Positions 17,760-25,137 of a DNA stretch of 64,000 bases are shown piece after piece (the first letter of the stretch is position 1; each line of letters starts with the position of its first letter). This stretch comes from Anaerolineales bacterium (lineage in GTDB: Bacteria; Chloroflexota; Anaerolineae; Anaerolineales; Villigracilaceae): assembly GCA_035574015.1 (NCBI GenBank), contig DATLZK010000024.1, forward strand, positions 19,594-83,593. Reading direction: 5' to 3'. The notes beneath the pieces were generated by a model. The model ran no database searches. It saw only the letters and a list, made by a program, of their open reading frames with translations, and was not told the DNA's origin. A program made the translations under genes and the position numbers.

Positions 17760-17869
17760 CCCCCCACTTTCCTTCACTCCGACCTCTCTCCCAGTGGGAG
17801 AGGGGGTGAGGGCGAAAAGCAATGCCGACGACAATCCTTTGTCCATGTTTGCAACAGAACAAGTTAAAC
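17760..17869 (-). repeat. Dispersed intergenic repeat, family A, copy 2
   Basis: Its reverse complement aligns with 1413..1530 over about 105 nt with few mismatches. It lies about 95 nt upstream of the spermidine-synthase-like gene. Confidence 0.9.
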
Positions 17870-17902
17870 AAAAAACGGGATAGTCTTTACAGACCATCCC
17901 GT
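17868..17902 (-). terminator. Intrinsic terminator after the NCS2 permease gene
   Basis: The minus strand reads ACGGGAT-ggtctgtaaagact-ATCCCGT followed by TTTTTGT, 20 nt after the stop. Confidence 0.7.
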
Positions 17903-17921
17903 CTTCGATTGATGAAGATTG

Positions 17922-19424
17922 TCAGTCTGCCATCGCCACAGCTTCATCTATCACTTCGGTCTCAACCACAGGTGGTTTGAAGATCAGGAAGATGGCATTG
18001 ACGAGGATGCCGAGCACCGCCGCAGTGGCAATGGACGGCAAACCGCTGGGGAAGATATTCTGCAGGATGGGAATGGGCAAGAAGCCACCCTCAAAACCGA
18101 TATTTCCTCCAATGCCAACAACCATAATGGTAGCGCCAACGGCAAGATTGCGCGGATTGAACATGCTAACTTTGTGTTCCTGCATGAGGGCAATACCCTG
18201 CATGCCGATCACGCCGAAGAGATAGATCGCCAATCCACCGCTCACAGCCAGCGGAACAGTTTGTACCAGACCTGCCAGTTTGCCGACAAAGCCAAGTAAG
18301 ATCGCAATAACACCTGCCGCGATCAAGGCCGGCCCCGAATAGTTGCGAGTAATCGCCATCAGTGAATTGTTTTCACCATAGTTCGTTCCGGCCGTCGCGC
18401 CCAACAGGCCTTTTAACGTATCATCCACACCATCGAGAATCAGATTGAAGCCAATGTTCTTATCCAGTTCATAGGGTTCACGCTTGGTGTCTTTAGCAAA
18501 ACGATCCACATACAGACTGATCTGATACAAATGCGCGGTAGATTCGGGAATGGTAGCAATCGCCATCACCGAAATACTGAAGATCGCTGTGCCCACCAGC
18601 GGTCCACTAAAATTGGGGAACGTGAAATGTGGCACCGCAAACCAGGGCGCCTGGCGGACAGGCTCGAAATTCACCGAGCCGGGCGCAATGACGGCAGAAA
18701 CAATGTAGCCGACAATCGCACCCAGCAACACCGGCAACATCCCAATAAAACCGCGATTTTGCAGATAGACCGAAAACAGAATCGTCACCAGCAGCGTGAG
18801 GAGCGAAACCGCCCAGTTTGCAGAAGCCATATCCAAAGCGGCAAATGCCAAGCCGAAGCCAATGATGGCCGCCACAGAGCCGGTGACGACCGGGGGCAGA
18901 ATCAGATCAATCTTCTCTTTGCCGATCGCTCGAATAATCGCCCCAACGATGATGTTCAAAATGCCGGTTACAACGATACCAGCCTGCATCGTTTGAATAA
19001 CCTCATCTGGCGCGGGCTTGCCAAACTCAGGCAGGCTGCCGGTCATCTGCTGGACAATCGCCAGATAGGCAGCAATATAACTGAAACTGGAACCATAAAA
19101 GAGCGGGATGAATTTACCCAGTCGCCACTTTGAAAGCACCAGCGCGACGATCGTACCGGCCCCAGAAACCGTCAACACCGTTCCAACGTGAAAACCACAC
19201 AGCGCCGCGACGAAGACTGTTGCCGGAAACATCGTCAACACATGCTGGAATCCCAGCAGGATCATCTGCCCCAGAGGGGGCGTATCGTTGGGCAGGTAAC
19301 CCATCAAATTGTTGTTAGCTTTCATGGTCTCTCCTCTCTGAACAGATAGATTTGAAGGGATCGTATTTCTCTTTGTGGTCTTCGATTTCGTAGATTTGGA
19401 CTTACCTTTTTGAGTCTTTGCCAT
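17922..19424 (-). CDS. Nucleobase:cation symporter-2 (NCS2) family permease (uracil/xanthine permease-like)
   Basis: 'LLGFQHVLTMFPATV' and twelve or more TM segments, typical of UraA/PbuX-type permeases. The ATG at 19424 has AAGGAGG 10 nt upstream. The alternative ATG at 19325 (MKANNN, GGAGAG upstream) would remove a Lys/Ser/Thr-rich 33-aa tail. Confidence 0.85.
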   Translation of the reverse strand: MAKTQKGKSKSTKSKTTKRNTIPSNLSVQRGETMKANNNLMGYLPNDTPPLGQMILLGFQHVLTMFPATVFVAALCGFHVGTVLTVSGAGTIVALVLSKWRLGKFIPLFYGSSFSYIAAYLAIVQQMTGSLPEFGKPAPDEVIQTMQAGIVVTGILNIIVGAIIRAIGKEKIDLILPPVVTGSVAAIIGFGLAFAALDMASANWAVSLLTLLVTILFSVYLQNRGFIGMLPVLLGAIVGYIVSAVIAPGSVNFEPVRQAPWFAVPHFTFPNFSGPLVGTAIFSISVMAIATIPESTAHLYQISLYVDRFAKDTKREPYELDKNIGFNLILDGVDDTLKGLLGATAGTNYGENNSLMAITRNYSGPALIAAGVIAILLGFVGKLAGLVQTVPLAVSGGLAIYLFGVIGMQGIALMQEHKVSMFNPRNLAVGATIMVVGIGGNIGFEGGFLPIPILQNIFPSGLPSIATAAVLGILVNAIFLIFKPPVVETEVIDEAVAMAD

Positions 19425-19490
19425 TATGCTTGCTCCTCCTTAAGAAGGTTTGTATATGCATTTATCTTATGCAGCCTCGACACCTCCATT

Positions 19491-19529
19491 GAAAAATGAA
19501 AAAAATAGCCACGCAAGGCTCTGCATGGC
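19491..19529 (-). terminator. Intrinsic-terminator-like hairpin with U-tract inside the region upstream of the permease (attenuator or sRNA 3' end)
   Basis: The minus strand reads GCCATGC-agagcctt-GCGTGGC (7 bp including one G-U) followed by TATTTTTTTCATTTTTC. On the plus strand the same position would be a C-A mismatch, and no T-tract follows. Confidence 0.55.
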
Positions 19530-19872
19530 AAAAAGAGATATACAACCCCTTCCACAGGCATACGACCGGTGGACTTTGCGCAGGGTACCGTCATCGAAAG
19601 AGACAGCGGCGCGCACATGTCATTATGGATAACCCTTATCCAAAACAAGAGATACGCATTGGCCTGTCTACAGCTGCCGATTCTGTTTCGCCTCTTTCCC
19701 GACCCTCGGCCTGTTCCCGTTTCCCAGGTCTTATCTCCCCCGTCGCGAAAAACCGCCTCTACTCCCGCTCACCTCTGGGCGCGAATAGCAAGGATATGCT
19801 CCAGCACAGGGTGAAGGCAGTCAGACAAATTTTCCAGAAACATGGAATATCCCGAACTGAAGCATTAATGCA

Positions 19873-19902
19873 AGACCTCCCCGCGTATAGGCAGGGAGGT
19901 CT
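19873..19902 (-). terminator. Hairpin just downstream of the nuclease gene stop
   Basis: AGACCTCCC-N12-GGGAGGTCT, a 9-bp stem with no clear U-tract. Confidence 0.4.
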
Positions 19903-19919
19903 ATTATGTGTAGTGACGG

Positions 19920-22900
19920 TCACTTGAATTTGAAGTTAGCGTAATGGATAGAACCGTCCTTCAATGTTACGACCAGTTGGCGACACGTCCCCGCCCAGGC
20001 TTTCTCTGTCTTCCAGACATAAATGTACTGATCAGTAGTCGGATCATAGGTCAGGATGCTTCCACCAGCAGAAACTGTCTGTTCAATGCCGGTCGTTGGC
20101 ACACCCGAGTCGCACGCAATTTGCCGGGAAAGTGGATAACCGCTGAAGAAGATGTCCAGGCCCTGATCACCTCCAAGACTGAACTTCACAGGGATGCTAC
20201 TTCCAGCCTTTGCTACATTGAGCGCCGGCAAATTGTCAATCGGTGGGAAGAAGCCGCTGAAGTTGTAATGCATCAATTCAAGGCCCACGAGAAGGGGGTC
20301 ATGATCCGATGAACGGAAAGCGTTTGTTTCGAAGATCACCTCTTGAGCAGGTGGTTTGAAGGTGGTGTCGTAATCCAGCAAGTCCGGTTCGTCAGCGTTG
20401 ATGTGCCACTCGGTAGCGCCAGTCACTTGCGCGGCGAGGGAAGGACTGGCGAGGGCGTGATCGAGGTAGCCGAATTGCCCGTCGAACACGAACGAATAGG
20501 CATAAGGTCCCACAAAGTGCTCGATCAGATTAGTGTAATCATCGCCGGTGCCGGGAATATCATCGGGACCCGCCAGGATGGCATCAATCGGATCCTCTTT
20601 GGCATAGGAATTCAAATCGCCAATGATCAGATAGTCTGTGTCTCCACTTCCGGTGGGATCGGTGGCGAGCCAATCCACCAAAGCCTGCGCGGCGGCTTTG
20701 CGCGTTTGATTGCAGTTGCCCTGACCATCACCGATATCGGGATCGCCCACATCGTTACAGTCACTGCCCTTTGATTTGAGATGATTAACCGCCACCGTGA
20801 AGCGCGCACCTGTAGCCACTTCCTCGAAGGTTTGAGCCAACACTGGTCGGTTCTTTGTGTCAAGGAAGCGCGGGTCAACACTGGAATCGAGAATTTTGAA
20901 ATCGCCAACAGGCATTACTTTGCTGGGCTTATAAATCAAACCCACGCGAATAGCATCTGTTCCGATTACGCCAGTGTCAATGTAGGCATAGGTGCCTGCG
21001 CCCAGCATTTCATTGAGCCCAGTGACAATGCCGTTGGGATCGCCAAGCGGATCAACACCGGTAGTGTTCTCCAGTTCGTTGAGTCCGATGATGTCGGCGT
21101 TGAGGCCGGCAAGAGCCGCAAGGAGTTTAGCGCGCTGACGCGTGAATTCATCCGGTTGGTCCGCATCGTGACCGCGGCATTCCATGTTCTGCAAAGGACC
21201 ACATTTGTTGTCCAGTGGATTGCCTGTTGGATAATCCGGGGTAATGAAGAAGTTGAGCGTGTTCATGGCAGCGACGCGCAGACTTCCACCGACCTCTTCA
21301 GGCGCGGACGGACGCGGGTTGACGGACGCGTATTCAGCCGCGGCAGTAGGTTGAATGCGATATAAGCCAAAGTCAAAGCCGAGAACACCGACAGTATTCG
21401 TGACCGTATCGCCACCGCGGAATCGGTTATCCAGCGCGAAGGCGAGACCGTTCGGGTGGCGGACAAAAGATGGGTTCTGAATGCCCAACCCATCGTCCAG
21501 CGTGATGCGACGCAGGCTATTCGCCAGGGTACGCGCGGTAGCGGGCGCGCCCGGTTCATCCAGGGTAGTCCCTGTAAATGGACGGGTTTCCCCTTCAAGC
21601 GCTAAGGCAAGAACAATTTCACCAAAGCGTTCGTAATTGAAATATTCGGAGATGACTAGTGTTTGGGGGAGGCGTACCAACATGCCTTCGAAGCGTTCAG
21701 GGTAATCGGGGGTGGGGAAGGGGAGGGTTACATCCGTAGGCGCCACACTTCCTGTCCCGCAATTGATGACATTCGCAGCCGGTACTGGCGAGGTGTTGCT
21801 GTTCGAGCCGTTGAGCGTAGTCTGGTTGAAACGTTCGCGTGCAAAGCCCGTGACGCGTACCACCTGGCCAACGCTGACAAGATTGGCACTGCCAGTAAAG
21901 ACGAAGATGCCATCGGAAGTAGCAGGGTTTCCATCGCCAGTTGCATCTTGCATATAGAATCCCTGTAAGCCTGTGCTTCCTTCAAAATCGCCTACTACCA
22001 CTCCTTGTGTGGTGACAACGCCGGGGATCGGGGTGGAAAGTCCATTACCCTGAATAACGTAGATGGGAGTGTAGGATGTTGTGCAAATGTCGAACGCAGA
22101 GAAACCAACAACAAAATTCATGATCATGTTGTCAGGCGGATCATTACCATCCTGATCGCTGACTTGATTGGCAAAGATAGTCAGAGTGCAAGATTCGCCA
22201 TGAACAAGCGAGTCCCCTGGATCGAGTGTGAAAATTGTGGGTCCGCCGCTAAAGGCAGTGGAGACAACACCACTTACGGAGCAGGATAACTCAAACCATG
22301 AAGAGGTCACATTTACTGGCTCGCTGAAGGTCACCGTGAGATTGGCGTTGACTGGGAAGTTCGTTGCACCGTTAACCGGGAAAGTGCTGATCACTTCAGG
22401 AGCAAAGTCCGTCACGCGTGGGGTGAGAGAGAAATCATCCACCGCTAGGCCGTCATCTGCGCCGGGGGCAATGTCGAAATCTCTCCAGCGAATCCAAAAC
22501 GTCGAACCGTTGGGGATATTCAATCCAGTAATCGTAAAACTGACGGAGGTTTGGTTGCCCGACGAATTCCCGTTCAAAGCACCTGCGGATGCATTGAGAT
22601 TTGGGCTGTGAAAATCAAGGTCGTTATAATCAACCCATGTTCCGCTATTGAGGCTGGTGGCATTCGTACTGAGTTGGAAATCGAGACGGTCTGCCGCGCC
22701 GCGATTGGTCACGCCAGCACGCCACATCTCACCCGTATAGGAAATCTCAAGTGAGGTGATGGTCTCGCCCGTGTTGTTGATAAAGGAAGCGCCGATGGTT
22801 GGCGTAAGTGTTCCACTCAACAGTGTGCCGTAAGCACGTTCCATACTCCCCGAGGCGCCAAAACTGTAGACATCCCCCGCGTTATCTGAGCCAGTGCTGG

Positions 22901-23138
22901 CGGCGTATGCGCTATTGACTCTGCTACTGCTGCCGCTCTCATGAAGGTCCCACCCTGTGGGCAGCGTTGTATTGGCTGTGCCGCTGATGGCAAGCGTATT
23001 GAAGTCTTGGGTATAGGGAACATTCAGCGCGGTGAGGCTAATGGTGCCTGCGGCTTTTGCACTGTGTATAGGCAAAGCCAGGAACATCAGCGACAAAATA
23101 GTCGCCAAAGAAAGTATTTTGAATAAATTTTGGTTCAC
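19920..23138 (-). CDS. ExeM/NucH-family extracellular endonuclease (lamin-tail-like + Ig-like + OB-like + endonuclease/exonuclease/phosphatase domains)
   Basis: Signal peptide 'ILSLATILSLMFLALPIHSAKA'. 'YVIQGNGLSTPIPGVVTTQGVVVGDFEG...GFYMQD' is typical of ExeM/NucH. The EEP domain is bounded by 'LRVAAMNTLNFF' and 'SDHDPLLVGL'. The GTG at 23138 is preceded by GAGGAG; the track start at 23156 is a TTG. Confidence 0.85.
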   Translation of the reverse strand: MNQNLFKILSLATILSLMFLALPIHSAKAAGTISLTALNVPYTQDFNTLAISGTANTTLPTGWDLHESGSSSRVNSAYAASTGSDNAGDVYSFGASGSMERAYGTLLSGTLTPTIGASFINNTGETITSLEISYTGEMWRAGVTNRGAADRLDFQLSTNATSLNSGTWVDYNDLDFHSPNLNASAGALNGNSSGNQTSVSFTITGLNIPNGSTFWIRWRDFDIAPGADDGLAVDDFSLTPRVTDFAPEVISTFPVNGATNFPVNANLTVTFSEPVNVTSSWFELSCSVSGVVSTAFSGGPTIFTLDPGDSLVHGESCTLTIFANQVSDQDGNDPPDNMIMNFVVGFSAFDICTTSYTPIYVIQGNGLSTPIPGVVTTQGVVVGDFEGSTGLQGFYMQDATGDGNPATSDGIFVFTGSANLVSVGQVVRVTGFARERFNQTTLNGSNSNTSPVPAANVINCGTGSVAPTDVTLPFPTPDYPERFEGMLVRLPQTLVISEYFNYERFGEIVLALALEGETRPFTGTTLDEPGAPATARTLANSLRRITLDDGLGIQNPSFVRHPNGLAFALDNRFRGGDTVTNTVGVLGFDFGLYRIQPTAAAEYASVNPRPSAPEEVGGSLRVAAMNTLNFFITPDYPTGNPLDNKCGPLQNMECRGHDADQPDEFTRQRAKLLAALAGLNADIIGLNELENTTGVDPLGDPNGIVTGLNEMLGAGTYAYIDTGVIGTDAIRVGLIYKPSKVMPVGDFKILDSSVDPRFLDTKNRPVLAQTFEEVATGARFTVAVNHLKSKGSDCNDVGDPDIGDGQGNCNQTRKAAAQALVDWLATDPTGSGDTDYLIIGDLNSYAKEDPIDAILAGPDDIPGTGDDYTNLIEHFVGPYAYSFVFDGQFGYLDHALASPSLAAQVTGATEWHINADEPDLLDYDTTFKPPAQEVIFETNAFRSSDHDPLLVGLELMHYNFSGFFPPIDNLPALNVAKAGSSIPVKFSLGGDQGLDIFFSGYPLSRQIACDSGVPTTGIEQTVSAGGSILTYDPTTDQYIYVWKTEKAWAGTCRQLVVTLKDGSIHYANFKFK

Positions 23139-23352
23139 GCTATTCTCCTCTTGCAAATTGTGGGAAAGGGGCTGACATCAGGATATGAACCATGTCAAAT
23201 TGTGGATTGAGTGAGTCACCTCCATGTGCATGAAACATGAACCGAGCGAATTTCCTTTTACTGCCCTCTAGCAATTCAATTCTAGGGTAATCCTGACAAA
23301 AAAACAAGATACTTGTAACCATTTCAGGTTAACGTCTCGTTTAACCGGCTTG

Positions 23353-23358
23353 TATAAT
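23353..23358 (+). promoter_or_regulatory. -10 box placed for a leaderless transcript of the 23365 membrane-protein gene
   Basis: TATAAT ends 6 nt before the ATG at 23365. A possible -35 (TTAACG) sits 18 nt upstream. No Shine-Dalgarno is possible at this spacing. Confidence 0.5.
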
Positions 23359-23364
23359 CAGCCC

Positions 23365-24165
23365 ATGTTAACCCTCCGTGCCGCGTTATCGAAATTATGG
23401 ACGCGCGACAGTGGCATCCTGCTCGGCGGTTTTCTACTAACTCTTTTCCTCATCGTTTACATCTGGTGGCCCCTGGCAGAGGCGTATCTTGCATACATAG
23501 ATTGGCATGGCGCGTGGTGGCGCTATGTAGATTGGCTGTTGCTGGGCATCTTTGCATTCATGTCCCTCACAATTATCGCGTATGCAAATCTCAAAACAGA
23601 TCTGCTGATCATCTTCGTCGGAACCTTTGGCGGACTGGCTATCGAATCATGGGGAACCCAGACGAATCTCTGGCATTATTACACCGCTGAGCGTCCGCCT
23701 TTATGGATTATCCCCGCGTGGCCTATTGCCAGCCTCTCGATTGACCGCCTCACGCGGTTTCTGAACTGGATGACCGGAAGGGTGGAATGCTATTTCAAGC
23801 GGACGACACCTCATAGTTTACTTTCCATTTTTTACTGGATCACCTTCGCTTCTTTCCTGACCCTGATGCTGGTCTTCGTTTCCCCGACCCTCGACAAATC
23901 CCTAACTTGGCTCGCCCTCATTCTCTGTATTCTTCTTACCCTCACGCCCACCGATTATCGCCTTGCCCTCCTCACTTTTATCGCAGGCTCCTCGCTAGGA
24001 TATTCTCTTGAATTATGGGGAACCACGCGCGAGTGCTGGACGTATTACACCCTACAAAAGCCACCCCTGTTCGCGGTCCTCGCGCATGGCATGGCGGCGG
24101 TCGCGTTTTGGAGAACAGGATTATTGCTGAAAAGGATTGCGAAAAACCGATCTTCGTCACCTTGA
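23365..24165 (+). CDS. Integral membrane protein with an internal duplication; function unknown
   Basis: About 8 TM segments. The two halves share 'E(S/L)WGT..(N/E).W.YYT....PPL'. The ATG at 23365 lies 6 nt after a TATAAT; the track start at 23350 is a TTG inside that box. Confidence 0.65.
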   Translation: MLTLRAALSKLWTRDSGILLGGFLLTLFLIVYIWWPLAEAYLAYIDWHGAWWRYVDWLLLGIFAFMSLTIIAYANLKTDLLIIFVGTFGGLAIESWGTQTNLWHYYTAERPPLWIIPAWPIASLSIDRLTRFLNWMTGRVECYFKRTTPHSLLSIFYWITFASFLTLMLVFVSPTLDKSLTWLALILCILLTLTPTDYRLALLTFIAGSSLGYSLELWGTTRECWTYYTLQKPPLFAVLAHGMAAVAFWRTGLLLKRIAKNRSSSP

Positions 24166-24189
24166 CAAGCGGGGAAATCATCTTATAAT
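24162..24189 (+). promoter_or_regulatory. Near-consensus sigma-70-type promoter of the TetR gene
   Basis: TTGACA (24162..24167), a 16-nt spacer, then TATAAT (24184..24189). Confidence 0.65.
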
Positions 24190-24197
24190 GTGACCCG

Positions 24198-24213
24198 CTG
24201 GTCATATGACCAG
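24198..24213. promoter_or_regulatory. Perfect 16-bp palindrome, candidate TetR operator
   Basis: CTGGTCATATGACCAG lies at about +3 to +18 relative to the predicted transcription start and directly abuts the RBS. The half-site 'GGTCATAT' recurs at 24216..24223. Confidence 0.6.
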
Positions 24214-24227
24214 GAGGTCATATTTGT

Positions 24228-24890
24228 ATGCCAAAGCAAACCTTTTTCAATCTTCCCGAAGAAAAGCGCAAGAAAATCATCCATGCTGCAATTGAGGAAT
24301 TTGCCGAATATGGGCTGGAAAATGCTTCGATAAATCGTATCGTCGCAAACAGCGGCATCGCAAAAGGGAGTTTTTACCAGTATTTCGAAGACAAACAGGA
24401 TGTCTTTCGATATTTGCTCGACATGCTCGAAAAGGAAAAACTAGAATATTTCAAAGAGAAGCATCCACCGAGCATGAACATGGACACCTTCCAGTATTTT
24501 CGCTGGATGATCAAAACCGGCATGGAATTCAATTCTGCCTATCCCCGCCTGGTGCAAGCTATCAGTCGTGTCATGCTGACTGATGGCTTGTATTACGGAA
24601 AGAACTTTGCAGATGTCCGTGAACGAACTCGGCGGGGCTTGCACGAGATAATCGCCCAAGCCATTGCACGCGGCGAGATGGACCCTAGTGTGGATATGGA
24701 TTTAGCGGTGATGATCATGGAAACCTGGAGCAACGCCATCAGCAATTACATTCTGCAAGAAGGCATGAAGCAGAAAGACATTATGAAATGGGTGCGCTCC
24801 GCAAAGACACAGGAAATGATAGACAAAATGTTGTATGTGATGGAATACGGTCTGCGCAAGACCGAATCGGAATTCGTGGCAGGATCGTAA
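24228..24890 (+). CDS. TetR/AcrR-family transcriptional regulator
   Basis: N-terminal helix-turn-helix 'AAIEEFAEYGLENASINRIVANSGIAKGSFYQYFEDKQDVF'. Confidence 0.9.
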   Translation: MPKQTFFNLPEEKRKKIIHAAIEEFAEYGLENASINRIVANSGIAKGSFYQYFEDKQDVFRYLLDMLEKEKLEYFKEKHPPSMNMDTFQYFRWMIKTGMEFNSAYPRLVQAISRVMLTDGLYYGKNFADVRERTRRGLHEIIAQAIARGEMDPSVDMDLAVMIMETWSNAISNYILQEGMKQKDIMKWVRSAKTQEMIDKMLYVMEYGLRKTESEFVAGS

Positions 24891-24967
24891 TACTCAAGAG
24901 CCATCCATCTTTTCGAGCGCTCGCTAAAGATCAAGCGCAAAGAGGAGCGCCTAATAGCAAATCAAAC

Positions 24968-25117
24968 GTAATCACCTGCCCTCACCCTAACCTTCTCCCA
25001 AAGGGAGAGGGAATCAGCACCCAGAATGGGATTTTTGTCGCGCAACGACAAATTCGCTGCATTTTGCCTCCTCTCCCATCGAGAGAGGGGCTGGGGGTGA
25101 GGTGAGGTAGGCAGGAC
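24968..25117 (+). repeat. MITE-like intergenic repeat, family B, copy 1 (~150 bp, terminal inverted repeats)
   Basis: The ends are 'GTAATCACCTGCCCTCACCC' and 'GGTGAGGTAGGCAGGAC', with the core 'AATCAGCACCCAGAATGGGATTTTTGTCGCGCAACGACAAATTCGCTGC'. By eye it is about 80 percent identical to 34623..34762. Confidence 0.85.
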
Positions 25118-25137
25118 AATCAAAAGGAGAAACGAAT

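Noticed and set aside
17665-17871. N-terminal extensions of several track ORFs (15190..17871, 44282..45439, 44912.., 56659.., 4240..5484, 29694.., 33591..)
   Set aside because: The extensions translate dispersed repeats ('PHPLSHWERGRSEG'), run antisense through a neighbouring gene, or overlap the preceding gene extensively. Internal ATGs with a Shine-Dalgarno or a -10 box give proteins that begin where the homologues I remember begin.
19660-19790. Assignment of the purine-rich segment to a known RNA family (ykkC/guanidine-PRPP-like, yybP-ykoY, cobalamin, c-di-GMP-I, SRP RNA, RNase P, tmRNA)
   Set aside because: There are only short partial resemblances. For example, 'ACGGGGGAGATAAGACCTGGGAAA' resembles the ykkC 3' half 'ACGGCGGGATAAAAGCCCGGGAGA', 'GGGAGTAG' resembles the Mn-riboswitch 'GGGGAGTAG', and 'GCGCAAAGTCC' resembles GEMM 'ACGCAAAGCC'. 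The other invariant blocks of each family are missing. A covariance-model search is needed before naming it.
19496-19927. 143-aa ORF on the + strand filling the nuclease-permease intergenic region
   Set aside because: Its composition is not protein-like (rich in R, S, P and C), and no Shine-Dalgarno is visible. It runs antisense to the flanking operon direction and overlaps the nuclease stop. The region is better explained as untranslated RNA on the minus strand.
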